Positions 25,618 to 35,799 of a DNA stretch of 64,000 nt are shown here, in pieces; positions within the stretch are counted from its first letter, which is position 1, and every line of letters begins with the position of its first letter. A program made the position numbers and the translations under genes. Location of the stretch: NCBI GenBank assembly GCA_001643675.2, contig LSRY02000025.1, positions 434,001 through 498,000 of the forward strand, written 5' to 3'. Below the pieces are notes generated by a model that had not been told where the DNA came from, ran no database searches, and saw only the letters and a list, made by a program, of their open reading frames with translations. Source of the stretch: Monocercomonoides exilis PA203 (taxonomy: Eukaryota > Protista > Preaxostyla).

Positions 25618-28600
25618 ATGAATTTAGCAGTTGTTATTTATGCCATTTGGGGGAGTATAATTTACGGGCATTGCTTGTTCGAGGATGCCGCAAACGATAA
25701 AGTTGAAGCTATTCCAGAAATGAATGTTTTGCAAATGATTCCTGCAAGTGGTTCGACGACTTCAACAGAAGCTGAAAATAGTTGCAATATAAAGGAAACT
25801 TATATGCAAGCACATTATTGTGAAAAGAGTTCTGAACATGATGAATCTGAGAGATGGAAAGAAAAATGGAGAAAGATTCAAAACAACAGAATCGAATCCA
25901 CTAAAACAAACACAAACAAAAACAATTTCATATCTGAAGGAGATTTATCAAGTGTAAATGTGCGCAATGTTAAGAAGGCATATGAAGGAATTGAAGAGAG
26001 CAAGATGAGGAGTCACATGATTCTGATAAATTCATCAGTCCATTGCATGAATTTGGGGATGTTTGCAAATGGAAATACAAGTTCAATAACTCTGAGGGCA
26101 AAAAGTGCTGCGATGATTTCTGGATGCTATTTTGAGGTCAGAAGCGAAATAAGTCCATTTGATTTGTGTTTCAGTCAAATTCGACTTACAAACTTGACAC
26201 TTCGATCTTGGAATGCACAACAAACTCAAATGCCTCCTCTTTTCTGCACCCAATTGATGGGATCTAAAGACCAGTCTGCCAGTTACGTTTCTGTTTGCTC
26301 GTCACATTTTTCATCATTCAAGATATCTTCTCCTCCATTTCTATCTTCTTCGTTTGTTGAGAGTGTTTCACTCACAGGTTCGTTTTTCTCCAATATTTCA
26401 ACAGTCCCAACACGCAGAGTGGATCCTTTTTCTCCAGGATATGGATGCACCACTCAGATGAATGACTGCTCATTTTCGACAGTTTGCGATGTGTATGATG
26501 GAGGGATTGTCCCATCCCTGAACAACCCATTTGCTTCTCTGACTGCCTCAAACACTTCGTTCGTTGAGTGTTGCAGGACAAGAAATATTGAATTCATTGG
26601 AAGCAAAGAAAACCCATTGAATCCAGGGAGACAAAATGTGACAGACGATGGAGCAAATTCATTTATTTGGTGTGAGTGGAACGGGTCGAGGGCAACTGGA
26701 TCTGACGATTCTGTTTCAGATGGAATATCGAGTGGAGGTGCGATCTGCATGTATAATCTCAGTTCTGGAGAACTTTTCGTTTCGAATTGCATATTCAATG
26801 GATGTTTTGCAAATAGTCGTGGAGGTGGAATTATGTGCCATTCAATCAAATCTGTTCATGCAGAAAATAATGTGTTTGAAAATTGTACAGCGCAATACCA
26901 TCACGGAGGAGGATTGTTCGCTTTTTCAATTTCATCATGTACAAGAATCTGTGGATGTGAATTTCAGAATTGCAATGGAAGAGAGTTTCGAGGAGGTGCT
27001 TATCTTTATGATTTTAATGTTTCAGGAACTGATTGCTTTGGAACAGAAAATGAAAATGGGGAGAGAGCATCTGTGTTTGATTGCAGTTTCATTTCATGCT
27101 CAATAACTGCCGGAAACAGTGGTGGAATGTATTGCGTATTTGCAATGGAACAATTTCATTTGAAGAGCATAAACTTCATTTCTTGTTCAGCTTTGAGAGA
27201 TGCTGGAGGATTGTATTTTTATCCAAATCTGCCAACTGCTCCTTCTGAGGCATTTTTTTGTTATTTTTTGTTCTTTCATGAATGCAAAACCGGAACTTCT
27301 TCATCATTAATCAGATGTGATGTTGAATTTGTTGATAGCTTCAATGTCTTTTTAAATTCAGCAAATCCATTTTTTGAATGCTACACCACAAACACAGATG
27401 AACATAGAGTCCACTATGCATTCAATCATGCATTTACAAACACTTGGTCATATGACAAAACATCAAAAAAGAATTGGCTGAAGGATGGAATTCTTTATCG
27501 TTTTGTTGCTGCTGATGGAGGAGTTGATGACAAGTTGTGTGGAACAGATGAGTTAACTGCATGTCAAACGATTGGCATTGCAGTCAATTGGAGTACAACG
27601 CAGGAAGTCTTGTCAATCACTCTGTTGGAAGGGAATCATAGCAATGAAGAGACAGAAATATCCATTGAATCGAAGAAGATGAGAATGACAGGGAAAGGAA
27701 AGGAAAGAAGTATTATTGAGACGAAATCTTTATCTCTATCTTCAACAGCATTGTTCAGAGTTTTGAGTGGGAAATTGGAGGTTGGGCATGTGGGAATTGA
27801 TCACAACTCGGAAAGAGATTCCAGTCCGAGTGTGTTTGTTGTTTCTGACAGGAGTGGTTCACTTTCGCTGGAAGATGTGTTGATCTCTTCGAGTGTTGCT
27901 GAAGCGAAAATTATGACTTCATATGTTTTTGTTGTGAAACTTTCACAGCTGGCAATGACCGACGTGGAGATTAAAAACATGAAAGTGAGCCAACCTCTGT
28001 TTGCTGAGCCATCATCAACAGAGGATGTTTCAGACGAGAGTTTTCTGTCAAATGTGACAGTTAGGAATGTGAATCTGACAGAAGGAGATGGGGTGGTTGT
28101 GGCAAAGAGTGTGAATGGAGATGAGATATTTTCTGTGAGCAACACAACAATAGAGCAATGTGTATGCGAGAATGGGAATGGAGGGGGAATATATGTTTGC
28201 TTGACAGGTGATGGGAAAATTGCTGTGAATGGAACAAGTGTGATTGATGGGAATAAGGCAGAGAATAATGGAGGAAATGGAGGGAGAGGAGGAGGGATGT
28301 TTGTGTTGATGGAGAGCGAGGGATGTGGATTGTCAATTGAACAGGATGTTGAGTTTTCGAAAGTGAAGGAGAATGTTGCAGAATATGGAAAGGATGTGTT
28401 TGTGTGTTGTGGGAGTGGTGTTTTGTTGGAGTCCAAGGTGAATTCAAACACATTTGCATTTTTTGACACAAGTGCCATTCCATCAGATGTGTTGAAATTG
28501 AGTGGGAGCGAGAATGGGAATGAAAGTGGAGTGATTCCATTGTTTGTGTATTTGTGTTCAATGGGAACGAAGATGATTGTTGATGGGAGTGGAAGAAATG

Positions 28601-31600
28601 GGATGAACCACAACCATTGTGGGTTTGAAGGGTTTGGGTGTCAGACAGTTGATTATTGTGCGAACTCAAGATTGAGTGAAAGTTCAAAAGAAATAGAGAT
28701 TGTCTCATCTTCTTCAATAAATGATGAAATTGAAATCTCTTCATTTGGTGTGAGTATTTCAGGCAGAATAGCATCATCTTCAGATGAAGAGGAGAGGATA
28801 CAGGTGAATGTGAGTGATGGAGGACCAGACACACAAGATTGGCTTGTTGGATGTTCGAGTTCACTGGCAATGAGGAGACTTTCATTTGTTGTGAAAGGTC
28901 AGATGAATCCAAGGAGAAGTGCATTCATTCACTCAACATCAACACTCAATCTGACTAACTGTTCAGTCTCATTTGAGAGTGAGGCATTGACAGATGGAAA
29001 GATAGGATACAATGCGATAAGCATTGAGGGAGGAGAATTAATCATGAATGGATTTGTGATGGATGGGGGAGTGACACTGAAGATGAATGAGAAATCACCA
29101 ATATCAATGACTGCTGGAGTAAAAATGGAGATTATGAATAGCAGAGTGAGAGGAGTGGACATAACTGGAGTAGATGGGGGATGTTTGAATGTTGGGATGA
29201 ATGAAGGAGGAAGTGCAAAAGTTGAAGAATGTAATTTGTCTTCAATATGCTCAGGGGGGAGTGGAATGAAAGGAGGAGGGATGATGATATCAGTGGGGAA
29301 GGGAGTGAGCTTGGAAATGAAAAATGTGAATTTATCAGGATGTGAAGTTCCATCAGAGGATAGAGAGGATGGGGGAAGAGGAATGGGAGGAGGGATGTTT
29401 TTTGAGCTTCCTGAAGAGTTTGGATTATTTGTGCTTGAAGGAATGGAATTTGAGGGATGCAAAGCCTGGAAAGGGAAGAATATGTTTGTTTCTGGATGGA
29501 ATCTGAGTGAAATTGTGAACAAGGAGCACCTGAAATGGAAGATGAGTTCAGAGGAGTTGGAGTCATTGGATGAGTTGTGTGGATGGGAAAGGAAGACGAC
29601 AGGAGAGGAGGGATATGTGATTCCATTGGTTGTGTATTTGTGGAATAATTGGAGTGGGAATGGGTTTGTTTCGAAGGAAAAAGGAGGAGACTTCAGTGGG
29701 TGTGGGTTTTCAGAAGCACCATGCTCATCAGTTGATCACTTGATATTGCTGAGATATGAACCACTTGGAGAAGGAGCATCGCACATCAAGATTGTTGGAT
29801 CAGGGCTGCTTCAAAAATCTATTTCATTTTTGTCATCATCTTCTTCTTCAAAAACTCCGATTGTGTCAATTGAGGGAGAAAAAGAAGGAACAAATTTGAA
29901 AGTGAGTGAGGAAGGAAGGAACGAAGGTAAAGAAAAAGGAAGGGGGATGATAACATCGAATGTTTGCCTTTCATTCACCAATATTTCATTTTCTTTGCCA
30001 AATGAATTGGGGAGACATTCATCGCTCATTCAATCATTATCCTCCTCAGCAGCATCACTTTCAATCATGAGATGCTCATTTGTTTGTGAGGATTCAACAA
30101 AAGAAACGAAATACTATTTGGTGAGTGAAGATGGAGGGAGTGTGGTGATTGAGGATTGCACCCTTTCTCAATTCAATCTGGCCAAAGGGGTTTTAGAGTT
30201 TGCCCCAGAAGTGGAAGGGATTGATGTGATGAATGTGTCTGCTTCGAACACAATAATCTCAGGAAGGAGTCTGATATCGCTGAGTCAGCCATTGGTGTCA
30301 AACATGTTGATCGACAAAGCAAGAGAAAACGCAAAACAAAGAGTGAGGGTGAACAGCTCCTCATTTGTGAACATCACATGTTTGGAGGACAGGGCAAGTG
30401 TGATGAGTGTGGGATCGTTCTCATCAGGGATGGAGTGTGTGATTGAAGGGTGTGTGCTGACGAAGTGCATGAGCGAGAGAAGCACAGAAGGCGGAGGGAT
30501 GAAGATGCTGATGAAGAGAGGAGAGTCGGAGGTGAAAGTGAGTGGGTGTTCGTTTGGGATGTGTGTGTGCTCGACAGGGAATGGAAGGGGAGGAGGGATG
30601 ATGATTGATGCGCTTGATCCGAATGGGGAATGCTCCAACACGGAAATGCCACCACTTGGGCTGAGATTGGAGAGCATCCGATTCATGATGAATGATGCAT
30701 TTGTGGGGAAGGATGTGTTCATCCGGTGTGACTCGATTGAGTTGCAGCTGAATGAAAGACTTTTTGGACTGGACTTCAGCCAGGAGGCGCTGAAGGGGGA
30801 GAAGTCGATGTGTGGGAGCGATGGAAAAGGGAAAGTTGATGTTGACCTGATTCCGCTGATCACATTCTATTATTCTTCACAGGTGTTTGTGTGTGTGAAT
30901 GGGAGTGACAGCAGGCAGTGTGGAGCACAGAGCAATCCGTGTGAGAGCATTGGGAATGCTGTGCAGCACATCGAACGAAGTGTTGTGAATACGATTCTTA
31001 TTGATGGGGAAGGGATGATGGGAGAGGGATGTGTGATTGGGGATGTGAGGATGGTGTCGATCCGGAGGGAGAAGGCGACAATCCATTTTGAGGGGAAGAT
31101 TGGAGGAAGAGGAGAGGAGAGGAGTGTGATGGTGTTTGTGAATGAGTGTGTTGTGGAGAGGTGCCAGTTTGTGTTTGGAGAGGGATTTGAAGGGGTTGAG
31201 GGGAGTGTTTTGAAAGAGAAGAATGGGAGATTGGAGATTTCAGAGTGCATTTTCAGCTCGTCAGCAATGGATCTGGTGATGGAGAGCATGATTCTTGATG
31301 TGGAGAGTGGAGAGGTGAAGATGTGCGAAACGTTGTTCAGTGGAATTCATTCAGCTGTGCCACTTCTGTCGTTCTGTGGAGAATCGTGTGTGTCAATTGC
31401 TGAGACACGAATATCGAATATCGAGTGTGAGGGAGAAGTTGTGAGAGTTGGGGGAAAAGCGAAGGCAGAGATGAAGGAAGTGAAGTTTGAGAATATGTCA
31501 GTGGCTTCTGAAGGAAGCGTGATGAAGATGGATGGAGCTGAAAGGGGGTTGAGTGTGCTGAACTGTTCCTTTGCGAAATGCTGGAGCACAAACAAGAGAG

Positions 31601-33765
31601 GAAGGGTGATGAGGATATGTGAGTGTGTGGATGTGAGTGTTGGATCGTGTGTGTTTGATGGAGAGGAAGGAGAGGAAAGAGAAGAAAGAGAAGGAAAGGA
31701 TGAGAATGAGGATGATGGAAGAGGCGAAGAGTTTTGCAGATGGGATGGATCTGTTGTGGATGTTGTGAAGAGTTCAGTGATAATGAAAGATACAACAATC
31801 TCGAATTCACCAGATGGTGGAATAACAATGAATGGAGGAAATATGATAATTGAAGCAGGGAATTTCTCAAACAATAATCCATCGATTGAAGGATATCCTT
31901 CACTGAGAAGAAACATCATCTGTTCTGATTCAGGAACATTGAATGTGATGAGTTTGAAAGGAGGAGATGGATTGGAGAGAAATACATCACTTTGGATGTT
32001 GAATGACGGGTGCAGTTTTGAAGGGATTGTTTCCGAAAGAGCATCATCATTCTTCATCCCAGTGTTGGAGGGTGTGGAAGCAAAAGAAGAGACAGATAGA
32101 ATGAAGCTGATATTCAAAGGAATGCTTCTTTTTCCATGCAATCTGTCATTCTCAGTTGTAAAGAGGAAGGGAGATGAGATAGAGATTGAAAAATATGATT
32201 TTGATTCAAATGGGGTTTTGTCAGAAAGAGAAGTTGAAGGAAGTGTGGAGAAAGATCTCATCAGCAGTTGCGATGATGAAATCGAGGTGAGTGTGCATAT
32301 TTTGTTTGGGGGATCTGACGATTCGTCAACCACTGAATCTTTCATCCTGAAGAACAAAAGCGATGGAAAAACAAATGAAGAAGGAAAACTTGTTGAAGGA
32401 GGAAAAGAAGGGAAATCTTATTGGTTGTTGGTTGTGATTGTGCTTGTCGTGATGTTCTTGATTGTTCTGATTATTTCAGTTGTTGTGACAATTCGATGGA
32501 GAAAGCAAAAGAGAAGAACAGAAGAACTGGAAGTTATTGTGAATGATTCCGTAAAGAAAGATCCGAAACTGATTGAGATGGTTACGATGGAGATATCACC
32601 AGAAGAGCAATGGAGGCGAGCAGAGAGAGAGGCAGAGAAGAAAAATGAAGAGAGATTCAAGAAAAGAGAATATGATACGAATATGCAGCATTCAGAATCA
32701 TCAGAGCATCTTCTATCTGAGAGTGGCTCAACAGAATATATTCTGGGAAGAGACTCAGACAAGATTCCTGATTGGGCATTGGAGAAGGATGAAGAAGAAG
32801 AGATAAGGAAGCGAACTCCATCACCTTCCATTTCATCGACTTCAACCACAGACACATCAGACACAGAATCCACATTTGTTCGAGGGGAAGATTTGTGCCC
32901 AACAACCTCGTCAATGTCGAATCTGGTGGATGCAATGGCTTGTTCATCGCCTCATGAAAAGCTGATTGTGGATTTGAGAGATTCATTGTTCATGTTGCTT
33001 CATGGAAGAAATGAGAAGAAAGAGATGGAAATCGGGAGCCTTCAACAAAGAGAGCAAACAGCTGCCCAGATCCTGTTTTGGGTGGCGAATGGGGCTCTCC
33101 ATTCATTTGAAGAAATGGAAAATCTGCTTCAATCTCTTTCCAATCTGAGTCCTCACATTGTGCTGTTCTCCGAACACATGGTGATCTGCATCGTGATGCA
33201 TTCAGACTTATTGTCTGATGATTCAGACTCATCATCCACATCATCAACTGTTGTCACTTCTGCCAGTGATGAAAGCTACTCTCTTCCTTCATCTGCGTTT
33301 GAGGATGAGGATAGTTTCAAAAAAGAATGTCTGAGATGGAAGGCACCTGAGCTGCTGATGAACAAGAACATGGGAGCAACAAAGGAGTCAGTCTCGTTCT
33401 CGATTGGGATGATACTGTGGGAGTGCCTGACTCTGCAGATACCGTTTGGGGAGTATGAGGCAGAGGTGGCGGGGCAGAAGATTGCGAACGGAGAGCGGCC
33501 AGCACTTGAGGCAGTGCAGTGCTCTTCCTTCTTTGTTCTTGTGAAGAGCTGTGTGTCCCAGTCGCCTGGTGCACGCCCCTCCCTTGTCCAGCTCAAAAGA
33601 GAGTTCATTGGGCGCTTCCCGCCTGGCGCAGCTGTCCTCACCCTCACAGACGCAGTCGACCTCGAAGATTCGACTGGCAGGCGCAGGCAAGGCACAACAT
33701 CTTTTGCCTTCTCAGCCAGCAGCACTGCCAGCGAAGCTCAGCCAATGGTCATCACCAAAAACTGA
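25618..33765 (+). CDS. Giant single-pass receptor-like pseudokinase 1 (2715 aa): signal peptide, Cys-rich GGAI-repeat modular ectodomain, TM, TKL-like kinase C-lobe
   Basis: Uninterrupted ORF with hydrophobic N-terminus; repeated GG(A/G)(I/L/M) and FxxC motifs; four CG..x..(P)C module starts; TM at ~32419-32493 followed by RWRKQKRR; RWKAPE...FSIGMILWECLT...PF...C...P..RP with no recognisable GxGxxG, VAIK, HRD or DFG. Confidence 0.9.
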   Translation: MNLAVVIYAIWGSIIYGHCLFEDAANDKVEAIPEMNVLQMIPASGSTTSTEAENSCNIKETYMQAHYCEKSSEHDESERWKEKWRKIQNNRIESTKTNTNKNNFISEGDLSSVNVRNVKKAYEGIEESKMRSHMILINSSVHCMNLGMFANGNTSSITLRAKSAAMISGCYFEVRSEISPFDLCFSQIRLTNLTLRSWNAQQTQMPPLFCTQLMGSKDQSASYVSVCSSHFSSFKISSPPFLSSSFVESVSLTGSFFSNISTVPTRRVDPFSPGYGCTTQMNDCSFSTVCDVYDGGIVPSLNNPFASLTASNTSFVECCRTRNIEFIGSKENPLNPGRQNVTDDGANSFIWCEWNGSRATGSDDSVSDGISSGGAICMYNLSSGELFVSNCIFNGCFANSRGGGIMCHSIKSVHAENNVFENCTAQYHHGGGLFAFSISSCTRICGCEFQNCNGREFRGGAYLYDFNVSGTDCFGTENENGERASVFDCSFISCSITAGNSGGMYCVFAMEQFHLKSINFISCSALRDAGGLYFYPNLPTAPSEAFFCYFLFFHECKTGTSSSLIRCDVEFVDSFNVFLNSANPFFECYTTNTDEHRVHYAFNHAFTNTWSYDKTSKKNWLKDGILYRFVAADGGVDDKLCGTDELTACQTIGIAVNWSTTQEVLSITLLEGNHSNEETEISIESKKMRMTGKGKERSIIETKSLSLSSTALFRVLSGKLEVGHVGIDHNSERDSSPSVFVVSDRSGSLSLEDVLISSSVAEAKIMTSYVFVVKLSQLAMTDVEIKNMKVSQPLFAEPSSTEDVSDESFLSNVTVRNVNLTEGDGVVVAKSVNGDEIFSVSNTTIEQCVCENGNGGGIYVCLTGDGKIAVNGTSVIDGNKAENNGGNGGRGGGMFVLMESEGCGLSIEQDVEFSKVKENVAEYGKDVFVCCGSGVLLESKVNSNTFAFFDTSAIPSDVLKLSGSENGNESGVIPLFVYLCSMGTKMIVDGSGRNGMNHNHCGFEGFGCQTVDYCANSRLSESSKEIEIVSSSSINDEIEISSFGVSISGRIASSSDEEERIQVNVSDGGPDTQDWLVGCSSSLAMRRLSFVVKGQMNPRRSAFIHSTSTLNLTNCSVSFESEALTDGKIGYNAISIEGGELIMNGFVMDGGVTLKMNEKSPISMTAGVKMEIMNSRVRGVDITGVDGGCLNVGMNEGGSAKVEECNLSSICSGGSGMKGGGMMISVGKGVSLEMKNVNLSGCEVPSEDREDGGRGMGGGMFFELPEEFGLFVLEGMEFEGCKAWKGKNMFVSGWNLSEIVNKEHLKWKMSSEELESLDELCGWERKTTGEEGYVIPLVVYLWNNWSGNGFVSKEKGGDFSGCGFSEAPCSSVDHLILLRYEPLGEGASHIKIVGSGLLQKSISFLSSSSSSKTPIVSIEGEKEGTNLKVSEEGRNEGKEKGRGMITSNVCLSFTNISFSLPNELGRHSSLIQSLSSSAASLSIMRCSFVCEDSTKETKYYLVSEDGGSVVIEDCTLSQFNLAKGVLEFAPEVEGIDVMNVSASNTIISGRSLISLSQPLVSNMLIDKARENAKQRVRVNSSSFVNITCLEDRASVMSVGSFSSGMECVIEGCVLTKCMSERSTEGGGMKMLMKRGESEVKVSGCSFGMCVCSTGNGRGGGMMIDALDPNGECSNTEMPPLGLRLESIRFMMNDAFVGKDVFIRCDSIELQLNERLFGLDFSQEALKGEKSMCGSDGKGKVDVDLIPLITFYYSSQVFVCVNGSDSRQCGAQSNPCESIGNAVQHIERSVVNTILIDGEGMMGEGCVIGDVRMVSIRREKATIHFEGKIGGRGEERSVMVFVNECVVERCQFVFGEGFEGVEGSVLKEKNGRLEISECIFSSSAMDLVMESMILDVESGEVKMCETLFSGIHSAVPLLSFCGESCVSIAETRISNIECEGEVVRVGGKAKAEMKEVKFENMSVASEGSVMKMDGAERGLSVLNCSFAKCWSTNKRGRVMRICECVDVSVGSCVFDGEEGEEREEREGKDENEDDGRGEEFCRWDGSVVDVVKSSVIMKDTTISNSPDGGITMNGGNMIIEAGNFSNNNPSIEGYPSLRRNIICSDSGTLNVMSLKGGDGLERNTSLWMLNDGCSFEGIVSERASSFFIPVLEGVEAKEETDRMKLIFKGMLLFPCNLSFSVVKRKGDEIEIEKYDFDSNGVLSEREVEGSVEKDLISSCDDEIEVSVHILFGGSDDSSTTESFILKNKSDGKTNEEGKLVEGGKEGKSYWLLVVIVLVVMFLIVLIISVVVTIRWRKQKRRTEELEVIVNDSVKKDPKLIEMVTMEISPEEQWRRAEREAEKKNEERFKKREYDTNMQHSESSEHLLSESGSTEYILGRDSDKIPDWALEKDEEEEIRKRTPSPSISSTSTTDTSDTESTFVRGEDLCPTTSSMSNLVDAMACSSPHEKLIVDLRDSLFMLLHGRNEKKEMEIGSLQQREQTAAQILFWVANGALHSFEEMENLLQSLSNLSPHIVLFSEHMVICIVMHSDLLSDDSDSSSTSSTVVTSASDESYSLPSSAFEDEDSFKKECLRWKAPELLMNKNMGATKESVSFSIGMILWECLTLQIPFGEYEAEVAGQKIANGERPALEAVQCSSFFVLVKSCVSQSPGARPSLVQLKREFIGRFPPGAAVLTLTDAVDLEDSTGRRRQGTTSFAFSASSTASEAQPMVITKN

Positions 33766-34501
33766 GAATGAAAAAGAAATGAAAAAAATATGAATTTGAA
33801 AGAAGAGAATTACTATTGCACTTGCGATGATCGCCAGTGACATTTGTTTTGTTTTTGTTTTGTATTTTGTATTTGTATTTTTGTTAAGTTTGTTTGTTTG
33901 AGCAAAGCACATATTTTGCTCCTCTTGGACTCATTTTCGCAGAACAGGCGATTCTCAACGACAGAGTCGCACTGCCATGTGCTTCTGCATCCTTGCTCAG
34001 ACTTGTGACAACCAAGGGCTTTCCTCAAAGCCCTCCGGAAAACAATAGTCGATTGTCTGAGCCAGGCCTTGCCAATTCGCATAACATCACCCTCGGCCTT
34101 CTTGGACAAAGAATGGCACAAAAGTCAAACACGAAAGGATATTCCATGTGCACAAAATTGGGAATATCAAAAATAATTCTTATTTTTCGTTATCATAATT
34201 TTATTTTTTATTTTGTTTTTAAAAAGTCATATTTCGTTTTGTTTCTTATTTATTATTTCTTATTTCTTATTTCTTATTTCTTATTTTTTAACAAATTTCG
34301 TTTCATCTCAATTTTTTGTTTTGCTCAGTTTCTGCTTATTTTGCTCTTCATTATTTATCTGAGCTTATTCAGCTTCTCTTCTTCGTTTTTGGATGGAGCA
34401 AAGTTTTTTTCAAATTTCAGAACATTCATACGCACATTCTGTGAATTTGATCTTCATTTTGATAATTGAAATATGTATTTCCACTTTATCCTTTTATTGT
34501 T
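32373..34501 (+). repeat. 2,129-bp direct repeat, copy 1 (TM, cytoplasmic tail, 3' flank)
   Basis: Matches 61758-63886 at offset 29,385. ORF-track translations inside the tract and DNA spot checks are identical; flanking mismatches at 32372/61757 and 34502/63887. Confidence 0.93.
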
Positions 34502-35799
34502 TTAATTACTGTTGCTTTTATTGTTTTCATTTTCCTTGCTCAGCGAAAATTGCGTTATTATCACAACACAAATTGTTTCAATAGATGAATTGCACAATTT
34601 TTGTGTAATTGTGAAATTTTTGAAAAATTTTGAAATTCCTATATGTTATTTTGAAATAATCGAGTAATTTTGAAATTTTTCAGAAAAATTGAAAATAAGG
34701 CAGTTATTTTAAGTTTCACAAGTGATATTCAAGTTAAATAAAAATTGTGGAAAGATCTGAATTTTTCTTTTGAAAATTACAGCATTCTCATATCGCAGTT
34801 TATTTATCACAACGATTATCAAAAAAATTATGCACAATTATCGAACTATCACCAATCAATAATGTGTATCAAATCGTTTATTTTAATTTTATTCCAACTA
34901 TAAAAATTAAAAATTATTAAATATTATTTCACAAGTTTATTGTGACTGTTTAAATATTTTTGTGACAACAAATGATTGTCAATGTTCAAAACATTAAAAA
35001 TTTCAAAGAGAAAAATAATAAGAAAATATTTAGTGACTTTCTTTGCCTGTAAACTGTGAACGCAACCGGTGAAAACAATCATTTATGAATCGAAGCTGCA
35101 CCTTCAATGAAACAGATGACATTCTATACCTTTTAATGTTAGAAAAATTGACAAAAACCGATGATTGAGAGGAATAAAGCAGCATAATTGTCAGATTCAT
35201 AAAGTTGGTTTCTGTTAAACCACAACAAATTTGAACCGAAAATGAACATATCATATCTATGGAAATGATTTTTCACTGGATAAAGAAGAAAAGAAGCAAA
35301 TATTCACAAACGATTTACTGATTTTTTGTTTCTTTTTGAATAAATGTCTTTCTTCTACTGCTTAATCTCTTCAAACAGCTATCAAATCACTGTGTGTGGA
35401 ACGTATGGTAATATGTGTAATCTGAGTTTAATGTGAAATTTTTCAAAGCCTTATTGAACAAAATTTTGCTTAAAAATGAAATACAACAAATTTTTGAATC
35501 GTTCAATCAGTGATTAGGCACAGGAAACAGGATTTGGAGCTATTCACAGACTGGAAATAAAATAAAACAATACGTAGTTTTGTTTAACATTTTTTCCATA
35601 GAGAACGAGCACACAAACCTTTTGCCATAAAATTTTATAAATATCAACTTTATTCATCACAGCTCGAATCCTCCAAAATACAACTAAGTGTAATTTGAAA
35701 TTACATATTTTGCAATTTGAAAAGATTCTGAAATGACTTTCACATCTTTTTCGCTCATGCTGAATACAGATCAGCCTTTCCATTCCGAAGGCAAAGAAG

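Noticed and set aside
27801-33725. Long antisense ORFs within the receptor genes (also 57276-63110)
   Set aside because: Shadow frames of the biased sense-strand codon usage; no independent motifs.
25618-33765. Bacterial Pmp-like autotransporter or contaminant
   Set aside because: GGAI-type repeats are present, but the C-terminus is a TM helix plus a eukaryotic kinase-like lobe rather than a beta-barrel, and the context is eukaryotic.
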